A stretch of 64,000 nucleotides of DNA, taken from the NCBI GenBank assembly GCA_016297845.1, contig JAEDFV010000002.1, positions 671 through 64,670 of the forward strand, read 5' to 3'. The notes under the pieces were generated by a model. It had not been told where the DNA came from. It saw nothing but the letters and a program-made list of their open reading frames with translations, and ran no database searches. A program made the position numbers and the translations under genes. This DNA is from Clostridia bacterium. Its GTDB lineage: Bacteria; Bacillota; Clostridia; Christensenellales; UBA1242. Of the stretch, positions 1 through 9,260 are shown one piece after another (the first letter of the stretch is position 1; every line of letters starts with the position of its first letter).

Positions 1-878
1 AAAAGTCTCTTACCAACAAATTTTTCAAAAAGTTCTTCCAATGCTTGTCCAACTTTCGATTCACTCATTGAATAACCTTTTCTGCAAACGTTAGTGCTTT
101 CGCAAAGAAGAAGCTTGACTCCTTTCTTTCCAAGTTCGCCAAATCGTGTAAGGTCTGTTATAACTCCATCAACTGGCGTAAAATCAATTTTTAAATCGCC
201 TGTGTGAACAAGTGTACCAACAGGAGTTGTAATTGCAAGTGCAAGTGCACCAGCAATTGAGTGACTTACGTTTATAAATTCAATTTGAAAATTTCCAAGT
301 TTTAAAAGATTTTTTGGTTTAACTCTAACACCTTTATATTCAATTCGATGTTCTTGCATTTTATTATCCAAAAGTGCAAGTGTCATCGCAGAACCATATA
401 CAGGGACTTTCAATTCGTTTAAAATATATGGCAATCCTCCGATGTGGTCTTCGTGGCCATGAGTTAAAATAATTGCTTTAACTTTGGATTTGTTGGCAAG
501 AAGATAGGAAATGTCTGGGACAACAAGGTCAATTCCTGGGAATTCTCCCGTTGGAAAAGAAAGCCCGCCATCAATTACTACAATTTCACCATCATATTCA
601 ATTGCAGTCATATTTTTTCCAATCTCGCCAACACCGCCCAAGAAAGTTATTTTAATAGATTTCTTTGACTTAGGTTGAGATTTTTTCACAACTTGAATTT
701 CGCCTGACGAAGGTTCAATCATTTTTTGTTCTTCATTCATCTTTGTGTCGTCAATTTTTTTTATCAAGTTTTTTCTTTGAGCAAATTGTTTAATCTTCCT
801 TTTTTCATGCTTTATTTCTGAAGATGCAACTTCAGAATTTGCACCTTCTTGGTGCAATAAATTTTCATTTTCGTTCAT
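1..878 (-). CDS. rnj: Ribonuclease J, N-terminal part (3' end of gene runs off the window start)
   Basis: Own translation of the minus strand from ATG at 878 gives ...KITFLGGVGEIGKNMTAIEYDGEIVVIDGG...ILTHGHEDHIGGLPYI..., the metallo-beta-lactamase HxHxDH signature typical of RNase J. A Lys-rich N-terminal extension of about 65 aa means the true start could be an internal Met. Confidence 0.85.
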   Translation of the reverse strand, partial: MNENENLLHQEGANSEVASSEIKHEKRKIKQFAQRKNLIKKIDDTKMNEEQKMIEPSSGEIQVVKKSQPKSKKSIKITFLGGVGEIGKNMTAIEYDGEIVVIDGGLSFPTGEFPGIDLVVPDISYLLANKSKVKAIILTHGHEDHIGGLPYILNELKVPVYGSAMTLALLDNKMQEHRIEYKGVRVKPKNLLKLGNFQIEFINVSHSIAGALALAITTPVGTLVHTGDLKIDFTPVDGVITDLTRFGELGKKGVKLLLCESTNVCRKGYSMSESKVGQALEELFEKFVGKRL

Positions 879-926
879 TTTATTTTCCTTTTTTAAATTT
901 TTAACAATAAGTTATTTAATAAACAA

Positions 927-1865
927 CTAAATTAAATATTTGACTTTTTTAAAAGAGTCATTTTCTTCCAAACGTTTTGGTGAAAGAATTGTATCCAAAT
1001 CCACATAATATCTCATGCCTTGGCTTCCATAGAACATAACCATTTCAAATACGTAGAAGAAAGAAGCAAAGAATGGGAATATTATAGGGAAAACAAAGGT
1101 TCCAAAAAGATATGTTACAGCTATGCTTATTAACATAATCATAAGTGCAGTTGAGAAAACTTTCAAGAATCTTCTAGAAACAGCTTTTACACCTTTTTTA
1201 AATCCTTTGAACATATTACAGTCATAGACAACTATTGCTGGACTCCAACCTGAAAAAATTGTCTTTTTAAGCGCACTTAAAATAACAACTATGGAAACAA
1301 GCAAAAGTGGCATGATATAGACAACCCATGATGCAAGAGTTACAAGACGCAAAGTGTAAACAAAAGCAAGAACAATTAATATATTAAATGGCAACAAAAT
1401 TAATTGTTTCAAAAGCTGATATCTAACAGAACGAGCGAAATATTTCAGGTATGAACCAGTAAAAGAATATTTTGTCAAACTTGACATATATCCAAAAAGA
1501 ACTTGTCCAACTGGCAAATCTGCAAGACTTAATAGGAAAGGAAACAAATAGAGAATAACAAAGCAAACATAAAGTGCAACTGCCGTGTTAGATTTTAAGA
1601 ATCCCAAAAGCAAACTAAAGATGCTAGTGAAAGCATCATTAAGATTTAATACTAAATCAAATGGATTTACTGACACATTAAAATTAGTGAGCAAAGTGCC
1701 AATTTTGTCCAAAAGACCCGAACCATTGAATGCTTGACCTATTTCAGTGAAAAAAGGTGCGATAAGTCCAATTGTAATTCCAAAAACAATAATATAATAA
1801 AGAATCAACTTCCATACAATCGCGAAGTTGGCAATTAATAATTTAGTTGAATTCTTAAACATCAT
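927..1865 (-). CDS. Polytopic integral membrane protein, function unknown
   Basis: 312-aa ORF with many long hydrophobic segments. It lies 1 nt downstream of the HTH gene, in the same-strand cluster 4789->927. Confidence 0.6.
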   Translation of the reverse strand: MMFKNSTKLLIANFAIVWKLILYYIIVFGITIGLIAPFFTEIGQAFNGSGLLDKIGTLLTNFNVSVNPFDLVLNLNDAFTSIFSLLLGFLKSNTAVALYVCFVILYLFPFLLSLADLPVGQVLFGYMSSLTKYSFTGSYLKYFARSVRYQLLKQLILLPFNILIVLAFVYTLRLVTLASWVVYIMPLLLVSIVVILSALKKTIFSGWSPAIVVYDCNMFKGFKKGVKAVSRRFLKVFSTALMIMLISIAVTYLFGTFVFPIIFPFFASFFYVFEMVMFYGSQGMRYYVDLDTILSPKRLEENDSFKKVKYLI

Positions 1866-1866
1866 A

Positions 1867-2226
1867 TTATTGTTTTACCACCATTAAATAGATTTGTCTC
1901 ATATTTACATAAATCATGCAATCTTCAAATTTTTTCAAATCGAGCCCAATCATCTTATTTATTTTATCAATTCTATAAATGAGCGTATTCCTATGGAGAT
2001 AGGAATTTGCAGAAGCAAGAGAAAGATTAAGCCCATTTTTTATAAAAGCATCAACTGTTTGATTAATAGACTCATTTTCAAGAATTTTAATCAAATTCTC
2101 GTCTTTGAAAATTTTCTTATAAACAGGCAGTTTGAGTTTTTGACCAACAACATTTCCTGGCATAAATAATTCTCTGTTACACAAATTTGAAAAAACAGCA
2201 GTTTTTGTTTTCATAGTGCTCCCCAC
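1867..2226 (-). CDS. PucR/CdaR-type C-terminal helix-turn-helix protein
   Basis: SLASANSYLHRNTLIYRIDKINKMIGLDL matches the PucR-family HTH pattern (..H.NT..YR..KI......D..). It is short at 119 aa, i.e. the HTH module only. Confidence 0.6.
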   Translation of the reverse strand: MGSTMKTKTAVFSNLCNRELFMPGNVVGQKLKLPVYKKIFKDENLIKILENESINQTVDAFIKNGLNLSLASANSYLHRNTLIYRIDKINKMIGLDLKKFEDCMIYVNMRQIYLMVVKQ

Positions 2227-2246
2227 GTTTAGTATGTCATCATTTG

Positions 2247-2891
2247 CTATTCTTCTATTGACCCAAGTTTAAACCTAATTGTACGCTTTGTCAAGTCTTT
2301 TGCAATTGAAGAAGATGTTGTTGCGATGATAGTTGTTGTCTTATTTTGAAGAAATTGTTTTCTTATTGTCTCAGCCACCTTTTCATATTCGTCTTGGCTA
2401 AGTTTTTCAAAAATATTATCAATCAAAACAAGTTCAACATTTCTGAGCGACAATCTCGCAAAAGAAAGCATATATTTTTCAAAAAGTGTCAAGTTCTTAA
2501 TCTTTTCATCTCTGAATTTTTCAAGATTAAATTCAATTAAAAGTTTGTTTATCTTTTCTTCAATTTCGCGTTTTGAAAACTTTCTAACTTTTAAAATATA
2601 TTGCAGATTTTGATAAACTGTTTTCTTTTCAAAGAAAATTGGTGTTGCAGGAATATATCCCATGTCAATATCTGCTGAATAGTCAACTTTTTTAAGTGGA
2701 ATATTTTTTAGATATACTTCACCAGAATAATCATCTTCAAGTTTACACAACACACGCATGAGTGTCGTTTTTCCACTGTTGTCTTCACCCAAAAATGAAA
2801 CAGACTCACCCTTCTTAATTTCCAAATTTATTCCATAGAGTGCATAAAATTCTTTTGTGAACTTTAAACATAAATTTTTTATGAGAATCAT
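2247..2891 (-). CDS. ABC-type ATPase-like protein with degenerate catalytic motifs
   Basis: Walker A GEDNSGKT is present. The signature LSGGQ position reads LTLFEK, Walker B reads LVLIDN (catalytic Glu replaced by Asn), and no H-loop His is seen (IATTSSS). Confidence 0.7.
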   Translation of the reverse strand: MILIKNLCLKFTKEFYALYGINLEIKKGESVSFLGEDNSGKTTLMRVLCKLEDDYSGEVYLKNIPLKKVDYSADIDMGYIPATPIFFEKKTVYQNLQYILKVRKFSKREIEEKINKLLIEFNLEKFRDEKIKNLTLFEKYMLSFARLSLRNVELVLIDNIFEKLSQDEYEKVAETIRKQFLQNKTTTIIATTSSSIAKDLTKRTIRFKLGSIEE

Positions 2892-2955
2892 TTTCCCTCG
2901 CTTATAAATAACTATAACCTTTTAATAAAAAAAAATCAACTGAAAATCAGTTGAT

Positions 2956-3315
2956 TTAAAAAATTGCTCTCAGCAAAACGCCAATTATAAAACTAAATAT
3001 AGCAAGGAGTGCCGTTCTAAGGATAATCCAAGATGCATGTCTCTTTTCTTTTTGTAAATCTTTTTTAAAAAGAAGTCCTTTATTCTTTAAACTCACACAA
3101 TAAACAGAACCGTTTTTGCTATCACTCGACACATAATCAATAAGTCCTTCTTTTGATAATGAAATCATAATTTCATCAAGTTCGCTTGTGGAAATTACAT
3201 TTTTCTTTTGCACAAGAAAATCAATCAACTCTTGAGAAGGGAAAAGCCTTGTTTTCCCGCTTTCACAGTTGTCAAAAATATATCCCATAACAATCTTTTC
3301 TTTTCTGTCAAGCAT
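2956..3315 (-). CDS. Small protein with soluble N-terminal domain and single C-terminal transmembrane helix
   Basis: 119-aa ORF with C-terminal WIILRTALLAIFSFIIGVLLRAIF. No recognisable catalytic motif. Confidence 0.5.
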   Translation of the reverse strand: MLDRKEKIVMGYIFDNCESGKTRLFPSQELIDFLVQKKNVISTSELDEIMISLSKEGLIDYVSSDSKNGSVYCVSLKNKGLLFKKDLQKEKRHASWIILRTALLAIFSFIIGVLLRAIF

Positions 3316-3343
3316 TCTATAATTATTCCATTATTTAAACTTT

Positions 3344-4789
3344 TTAAATCCTTGAGATTTTTTTTGCAAAATCAAGTCTTCTAATAAGTTTTTCTTTGTC
3401 ACGCTCTATTTCAGTTTTCTTAACCTCATATTTAGGCACTTCTGGTCGTGACATAATGTAATATCTAAGTTCGTCCATCGCATGGTCATCTTTCTTTGTT
3501 GGCGCATCATTATTCCCCCAAAAATAGCCTTTAATCTCTCGAATCATATTAACACAATTCCTGAAGATGAAAAGCTTTGCTTTTCCTTCTGCATTTTTAA
3601 GATATGATTTCACTCGATTGATTCCAGAAAAAAGGTCTTTGTTAACTTTTGGTGAGACACAAATTCCATTTTCAAGAAACAGTTCGGTTACACTTTTTAC
3701 TCCAGCAAGAGTTTTTTGATTTGCTGCCGAATCTATTATAGCTTCATATTTATCACCAAATTTTTTTTGCCAATTAAGTCGTTCACAAATCCGTTTTATT
3801 TCGTTTGAGTGAAAAATAATATCTTTTCCCGCTTGATAGTGTTCTGCAATTACATATACATTACCATCAAAGTCAACTGCATACCAATGTGCAGAAAGTG
3901 GATTGTTGAGACCAGGGTCAATTGAAATTTTATCATACCATTCTTTTGGAACTTCAAACGGGTCAATTACATGCAACTGAGGGTCAAATTCTGGATAAAC
4001 AAGACCCCCAACTGCCGTAAACTTTCCGTAGCACCTTGTTTCAAGTTCACTTTCACTCATAGAAGATTTCAAGTTTTTTATTTCTTCTTCTGCAAGATAC
4101 GGATTATCGTCCCAACTCATGCAAATTGACCAAACTTCATCGTCTCCCTTATCATTTAAATAAATTTCATCGTATACCCAAGTCAGCCCTTTAAGAGGTG
4201 TCATGGTTCCATAAATTTCACCTTGGCGGTCTATAACTCTCATTTTACATTCTTTGTATATATCTTCTGGCGGTTCTTCGTCAAACCACACATAATTAAG
4301 CGAAGTTCCTTGAAACTTTTCACGACCTTGGTCACAACTTTTAAATCCAATTCTGCTGTGTCCCCCAAAAACATTTTTTATTAAAATGTAATCAACAATC
4401 CCACTTTCAGGAAAATCCTTTGACCCGCTTTCCATGACTACATCTTCTATCCATTCAGGTTTAAGATAATGAAATATTTTGTTCTGTGCAACATCTCTTT
4501 GAACTTGCTTTGAAAGAGAAACAACCCAAATTGACACATTGTCTATGTTTTTGCGGAAAGGGTGTATGCCACGAGCAAGCCAAACAGTTTCAACAGCCCC
4601 ACACTCAGTTTTCCCGCTTCGGTTTCCTCCAAATACCCAACGATTACGTTTGTTTGATTTATGAAACTCAAGTTGTTTAAGATGTTTTTTGGTTCCAGAG
4701 TTGTATGTATCAATGGCATTATGATCATTTCTAACTTTTAACTGCTTGTCTATAGCATAAATCAACTTAAGAATTTCTGTTTTTGTCAT
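3344..4789 (-). CDS. terL: Phage terminase large subunit-like protein (orphan)
   Basis: Walker A GGNRSGKTECG and Walker B VWFDEEP in the N-terminal ATPase. The C-terminal RNaseH-like nuclease has acidic motifs SIDPGLNNP, IIDSAA and DDHAMDELRY. No portal, capsid or small terminase ORF nearby. Confidence 0.8.
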   Translation of the reverse strand: MTKTEILKLIYAIDKQLKVRNDHNAIDTYNSGTKKHLKQLEFHKSNKRNRWVFGGNRSGKTECGAVETVWLARGIHPFRKNIDNVSIWVVSLSKQVQRDVAQNKIFHYLKPEWIEDVVMESGSKDFPESGIVDYILIKNVFGGHSRIGFKSCDQGREKFQGTSLNYVWFDEEPPEDIYKECKMRVIDRQGEIYGTMTPLKGLTWVYDEIYLNDKGDDEVWSICMSWDDNPYLAEEEIKNLKSSMSESELETRCYGKFTAVGGLVYPEFDPQLHVIDPFEVPKEWYDKISIDPGLNNPLSAHWYAVDFDGNVYVIAEHYQAGKDIIFHSNEIKRICERLNWQKKFGDKYEAIIDSAANQKTLAGVKSVTELFLENGICVSPKVNKDLFSGINRVKSYLKNAEGKAKLFIFRNCVNMIREIKGYFWGNNDAPTKKDDHAMDELRYYIMSRPEVPKYEVKKTEIERDKEKLIRRLDFAKKISRI

Positions 4790-4873
4790 AATATCTCCGT
4801 TTAAAAGTTATTTCATTATTTTTAGACATATTTCTGCTAAGCCCCCACATATAAAAACTGATATACTTTTGTC

Positions 4874-5740
4874 ATGTCAATAAATATATTTAAAAAAACA
4901 ACACTGTTTTTTTTAATATCAGTTATTTTATCATTTGTACTGTTGCTTCCCAAGGCAAAAATTTCTTGCCTTTGTGCAACATCACAATCCTACTATGCGC
5001 AAATAGTTGCATCAAATGTTAAATTATATCGTTCAACAAATGGTAGCGAAGAGATTTCAAACATATTTTTTGTAATCCCCCAAACATATTTTGTTGAAAT
5101 CTCGAGTTGCGAAAACTCAAATTTTTTTACAGCGCGATATTTTGATAAAACAGGTTATGTAAAAAAAAGTGAAGTTAAATGTGTAAAAGGAATCCCACAA
5201 ACACCTTTTGCCAATGCCAGCTTCAGGGTTTTTATTCCAGGTGGTGTTGCTCTTCGCACCAGTCCTTCTCAATCGGAAGGACTCAACACAGTTGAAACCT
5301 TGCCGTTTCTTGAAACAAATCTGAGATATTATGGAACCATTGATGGCGAAGAAGCAATCTCACATAAATCTTCAACATGGTACTATTGTAAATATATTAA
5401 AAGTGGTAGTGAAGTTTTTGGATATGTTTATGGTGCATTCTGTGACCTTTTAACAACAATCCCTTCCAATACTGAAATACTTGAAGAAATCGAAGAACCT
5501 GATTTCACAATAGCAACACAAGCAGAAGCAACACAAGTTGAAGAAAGTGGCTTAAGTTCACTACCATCAACAACTCAAATAATAATAATTGTTGCCGTAT
5601 GTTTGCCTTGCGTTATTATAATTTATTTACTTTTTAAACCAACAAAAATAACAGCCAAAGCACTTGAAGATGCGGAAAATAAACCCCGCAGACGAAAAAA
5701 AAGGCAACGACATCAAGATTATTATGAATATGATGAATGA
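4874..5740 (+). CDS. Secreted/membrane-anchored protein with SH3b-like repeats, C-terminal TM helix and basic tail
   Basis: N-terminal hydrophobic signal, two segments resembling bacterial SH3 (..VKLYRSTNGSE.., ..ALRTSPSQSEG..), TM IIIIVAVCLPCVIIIYLLF, then KPRRRKKRQRH. Confidence 0.55.
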   Translation: MSINIFKKTTLFFLISVILSFVLLLPKAKISCLCATSQSYYAQIVASNVKLYRSTNGSEEISNIFFVIPQTYFVEISSCENSNFFTARYFDKTGYVKKSEVKCVKGIPQTPFANASFRVFIPGGVALRTSPSQSEGLNTVETLPFLETNLRYYGTIDGEEAISHKSSTWYYCKYIKSGSEVFGYVYGAFCDLLTTIPSNTEILEEIEEPDFTIATQAEATQVEESGLSSLPSTTQIIIIVAVCLPCVIIIYLLFKPTKITAKALEDAENKPRRRKKRQRHQDYYEYDE

Positions 5741-6291
5741 ATGGGATTTGCAATGCTTTTTATAATTCTTAAGCAATCAAAATTGGCATTGAAAATGTCG
5801 TTTTCAACAACACCCTTTTCAAAGAATTCATAGCATTTTTCATAAACTTCCATTATCCAACCTTCAGAAGAATATTTTTTCATAAAATACTCTTCTGTAA
5901 AATTGTTGTTTTTTAAATATTTTTCAAACTCATCATATGCCTTGTTAAGTCGCCTGAAATAAGTTCTGTCGCTTAGACCAAGCAGTTTTGCAATTTCTGC
6001 ACTTGTCTTTCCATCAACATGTTTCAAAATTAAAATTTTAGCACAAGTTCTGTCAATTTTCTTCAGTCCATTAATGCAAATTGTATTAAGGTTAATTAGG
6101 TTAATTTTACTATCCATCACATTAATAATAAATTTGCTTACTGATTCACCGTTATACTCGTGAATATTTTTAGAATTGACAAACATAGACGCAATGGCCT
6201 TTTTGTAAATTACATGGTCAAGTGCCTTAGTGACCTTTTCGAGATATCTTTGAACTGTCAACATTGTCTTGGCCCAAACTTTAAGTTCCAT
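5722..6291 (-). CDS. Sigma-70 region-4-like HTH protein (phage late-regulator RinA/ArpU-like)
   Basis: ILILKHVDGKTSAEIAKLLGLSDRTYFRRLNKAYDEF is a region-4/LuxR-type HTH. No region-2 motif was seen. It lies next to the orphan terminase. Confidence 0.55.
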   Translation of the reverse strand: MELKVWAKTMLTVQRYLEKVTKALDHVIYKKAIASMFVNSKNIHEYNGESVSKFIINVMDSKINLINLNTICINGLKKIDRTCAKILILKHVDGKTSAEIAKLLGLSDRTYFRRLNKAYDEFEKYLKNNNFTEEYFMKKYSSEGWIMEVYEKCYEFFEKGVVENDIFNANFDCLRIIKSIANPIHSSYS

Positions 6292-6560
6292 TTTTTCTCC
6301 TTTGCTGTAAAAAATTATGCCTATTAAAATTAATAAACAATAAAATTATAAAATTGATTTTTTTACATTGTCAACAACGTCTGCCATTATTGTACATTAA
6401 TTTTGTAAAAAAACAAAACTATTTTTTACAAAATTCGACCTTTTTAGACATTTTTATACAAATTCTATATAAACTGAACATTTCAGACCCTGAAATATTG
6501 GAAAATACGCCAAAAAAATTATCTTACAGTCAAAAAAAATTTGCCATGAAAGGCAAATTT

Positions 6561-7994
6561 TTAAAACAAATCTTTTATCTCATTCAATTCTTCTTCACTG
6601 AGCGGTTCTTCATCTTGTCCTGATGGTTGTTCGGCAACAACAGTTTTTGGAACATAACTTTTGCTATAATTTTCAAAACTTGTTGTTTCACCAACCCATT
6701 TAAGTTTTACAGTGCCAAGCGGTCCATTTCTATGTTTTGCAATTATAAGTTCAGCAACATCAGGTTCTTCGCTTACAACGTCGTTATACATATCAGGCTT
6801 ATAAATAAACATAACAATATCAGCATCTTGTTCAATCGAACCACTGTCTCTAAGGTCAGAAAGAACAGGTCTATGGTCACCTTTTCTTGATTCAACTGCA
6901 CGAGACAATTGAGAAAGCAAAATTATAGGCACATCAAGTTCTCTCGCTGCAATTTTCAAAGAACGTGTAATCTCTCCAACTTCCAAAACTTTGTTGTCAT
7001 AATTTGAATTTTTATCTGCGCGCATAAGTTGAAGATAATCTATCATAACAAGATCAAGCCCATGCTCTCTTTTAATTCTTCTGCATTTTGAAAGAATGTC
7101 ATTTGGGTCATTTAAACTTGAATCGTCTATATAAATTTTTGCTTCGGAAAGTTTTCTGCTTGCTTTAACAAGCGCTGTCCACTCATCAACAGAAAGTTGA
7201 CCTTTTAGCGCTTTTTCCATGCTAACTCCACCAATAGAGCACATTGAACGCTGTGCTATTTGTGTTCTTGGCATTTCCAGCGAGAAGATGGCACAACTTT
7301 TTTTGCCTTGTATTGCTACATTATTAACAAGGTTCATTGCAAGAGAAGTTTTACCAACACCAGGACGTGCTGCTAGCAAAATTAGGTCAGAATTTTGGAG
7401 ACCGTTTGTTATTGCATCGAGGTCAGTAAGTCCAGTTGAAAGACCACGCAAAGCATTAGGGTCCTTTGCAATTTTGTTGAGTTTCTCCATAACTTCTTTT
7501 AAGGCACCATCAATATGCTCCAAGGACGAAAAATCTTGTTGCTCTGAAATGTCAAAGATTTCTTTTTCAGCAAATTTAAGAGCACTTTTGTCATCTGTTG
7601 CTTCATAAGCATTCTCTATTATTTTTTGTCCACTTTGAATAAGTTTTCTAAAAAGCGAATCACGTTTTACAATATCAACATAATATTGAAAGTTTGTTGC
7701 TGAAGGCAAAATATTTGTAAGGGTTGTTATATAATCAATTCCTCCAACATTTTCAAGTTCTCCACATTTATCCAATATATCCGTTAAAGTAACAAAATCA
7801 ATTGGTGTATTTGCACGATATAGTTCTTGCATTTTTGAAAAAATTAATTTGTTGGCATTGGAATAAAAATCGTCGGCACAAAGTGCAGACAAAATTGTCA
7901 ACGGGGCTTCGTTATTTATTAACATTGAGCCAAGAACAGATTGCTCTGCTTCGATACTGTGGGGCATTGTTTTAAAATCTTTTTTCTTATCCAT
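6561..7994 (-). CDS. dnaB: Replicative DNA helicase DnaB
   Basis: MPHSIEAEQSVLGSMLIN N-terminus, Walker A ARPGVGKTSLAMN, LVMIDYLQLM, and RecA-like C-domain motifs. Confidence 0.95.
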   Translation of the reverse strand: MDKKKDFKTMPHSIEAEQSVLGSMLINNEAPLTILSALCADDFYSNANKLIFSKMQELYRANTPIDFVTLTDILDKCGELENVGGIDYITTLTNILPSATNFQYYVDIVKRDSLFRKLIQSGQKIIENAYEATDDKSALKFAEKEIFDISEQQDFSSLEHIDGALKEVMEKLNKIAKDPNALRGLSTGLTDLDAITNGLQNSDLILLAARPGVGKTSLAMNLVNNVAIQGKKSCAIFSLEMPRTQIAQRSMCSIGGVSMEKALKGQLSVDEWTALVKASRKLSEAKIYIDDSSLNDPNDILSKCRRIKREHGLDLVMIDYLQLMRADKNSNYDNKVLEVGEITRSLKIAARELDVPIILLSQLSRAVESRKGDHRPVLSDLRDSGSIEQDADIVMFIYKPDMYNDVVSEEPDVAELIIAKHRNGPLGTVKLKWVGETTSFENYSKSYVPKTVVAEQPSGQDEEPLSEEELNEIKDLF

Positions 7995-8003
7995 AACATT
8001 CTC

Positions 8004-8321
8004 CTAATCCGCAAATGGGTCTTTTCTTTTCGGTTTTTTACTTTGGTTCTCTGCCACTTTTTTAGTTATCAACATGACAATTATATCAACTATAACAAAG
8101 ACAGCACCCCAACAAACAACAGTTAAAAGAAGCTGAAGCGAAAGCGACAAATTAAGCCACCAAAATAAGACCGCAAATCCAATCCCAGCAGGAATTAGAC
8201 ACAGCAGTTCAATCATTCTGCGCTTCATGTTAGATTTCATTTTTCTTTTTTCAGAACTTTGCATCACGCACATTGTAACAACAAAAACAATGAAAGTCAA
8301 ATATTTAACTTTCATTGTCAA
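8004..8321 (-). CDS. Small membrane protein
   Basis: 105-aa ORF with 3 hydrophobic helices. No homolog recognised. Confidence 0.4.
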   Translation of the reverse strand: MTMKVKYLTFIVFVVTMCVMQSSEKRKMKSNMKRRMIELLCLIPAGIGFAVLFWWLNLSLSLQLLLTVVCWGAVFVIVDIIVMLITKKVAENQSKKPKRKDPFAD

Positions 8322-8331
8322 AATTTAGCCT

Positions 8332-9171
8332 TTAACTTATCTCAATCATATCATCTGTTTTTTTATCTTTTTTAAAATAGATAACAATTAAATAAATTGA
8401 AATAAAAACAAAAGTTATCGCAAGAGCAAGAAGATAATATGCTAAGGCATTTGCTTGAACAACATAAAATTCATAATCAGTTGTTGCTGAATCAAAACAG
8501 AATGCTGTCTTTTCTCCCAATGAGGCAATTTCACTTGTCCCAAGCGCATGAACCCTGGCGTTTTCAGAAAGGAATAAATAATAGTAATTTATTTCGCCAA
8601 GTTTCGAGAGAGACTCTGAACCAATTAATGACAAATCCGCTTTTATTTTGTCACTAAAATAATTTTCTAAAGTTGACGTAATTATATTGTTTGGAGTTTT
8701 AGAAAAAATTCCTGAATATTTTACATATGTCTTAGTTGAAAACGTTTCTTCTACATTCTTAATTTCATAATTTTCACTGCTTTGCAAAAATATGTTTGAA
8801 GAAATCGAAGAATAAAACTTTAATTCTATAATATAATTTTGACCGTCCCAGTTAACATATGGAGTAAAATGATTTTTATAAATAACTTTTTCATTAGTTG
8901 AAATCGTGCCTAATTCTTCTTGTTTGTCCAGAGCATTATAGTATCTTAATTTCAATTCTTGCAAATACTTAGATGCTTGCGTTTCTATTGCATTTTTTAC
9001 AGCGCCCTCTTCTGCACTTGTCATATTATTTAAGTTCGCCTTCGAGGTATCTAAAACAAAATATAGCGATGAAAACTTCGTGTTAACAGAAGAAAGATTG
9101 CGTGCAGATGTGCACCCAATCAATGGAAAAGAACAACATATAATCATCAAAAATACAAATATCTTTTTCAT
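8332..9171 (-). CDS. Putative lipoprotein with additional C-terminal TM helix
   Basis: Signal peptide plus lipobox (FPLIGC). C-terminal hydrophobic helix YYLLALAITFVFISIYLIVIYF. Confidence 0.6.
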   Translation of the reverse strand: MKKIFVFLMIICCSFPLIGCTSARNLSSVNTKFSSLYFVLDTSKANLNNMTSAEEGAVKNAIETQASKYLQELKLRYYNALDKQEELGTISTNEKVIYKNHFTPYVNWDGQNYIIELKFYSSISSNIFLQSSENYEIKNVEETFSTKTYVKYSGIFSKTPNNIITSTLENYFSDKIKADLSLIGSESLSKLGEINYYYLFLSENARVHALGTSEIASLGEKTAFCFDSATTDYEFYVVQANALAYYLLALAITFVFISIYLIVIYFKKDKKTDDMIEIS

Positions 9172-9260
9172 AATCTCATTCTATCACAAAATTATTATAT
9201 GACAAACTTTTTAATTTTAATAATAAAAAACTGTTCATTATTTGAACAGTTTTTTCTATT

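Noticed and set aside
6292-6560. Considered a replication origin near dnaB, or in the 48.5-48.9 kb array
   Set aside because: No DnaA-box-like TTATCCACA words were noticed and no dnaA or dnaN is adjacent. The repeated word is unrelated to DnaA boxes.
6354-6623. 89-aa plus-strand ORF in the dnaB-HTH intergenic region
   Set aside because: It has an extremely A/T-rich composition and no RBS. It runs into the dnaB 3' end on the opposite strand and is likely non-coding regulatory DNA.
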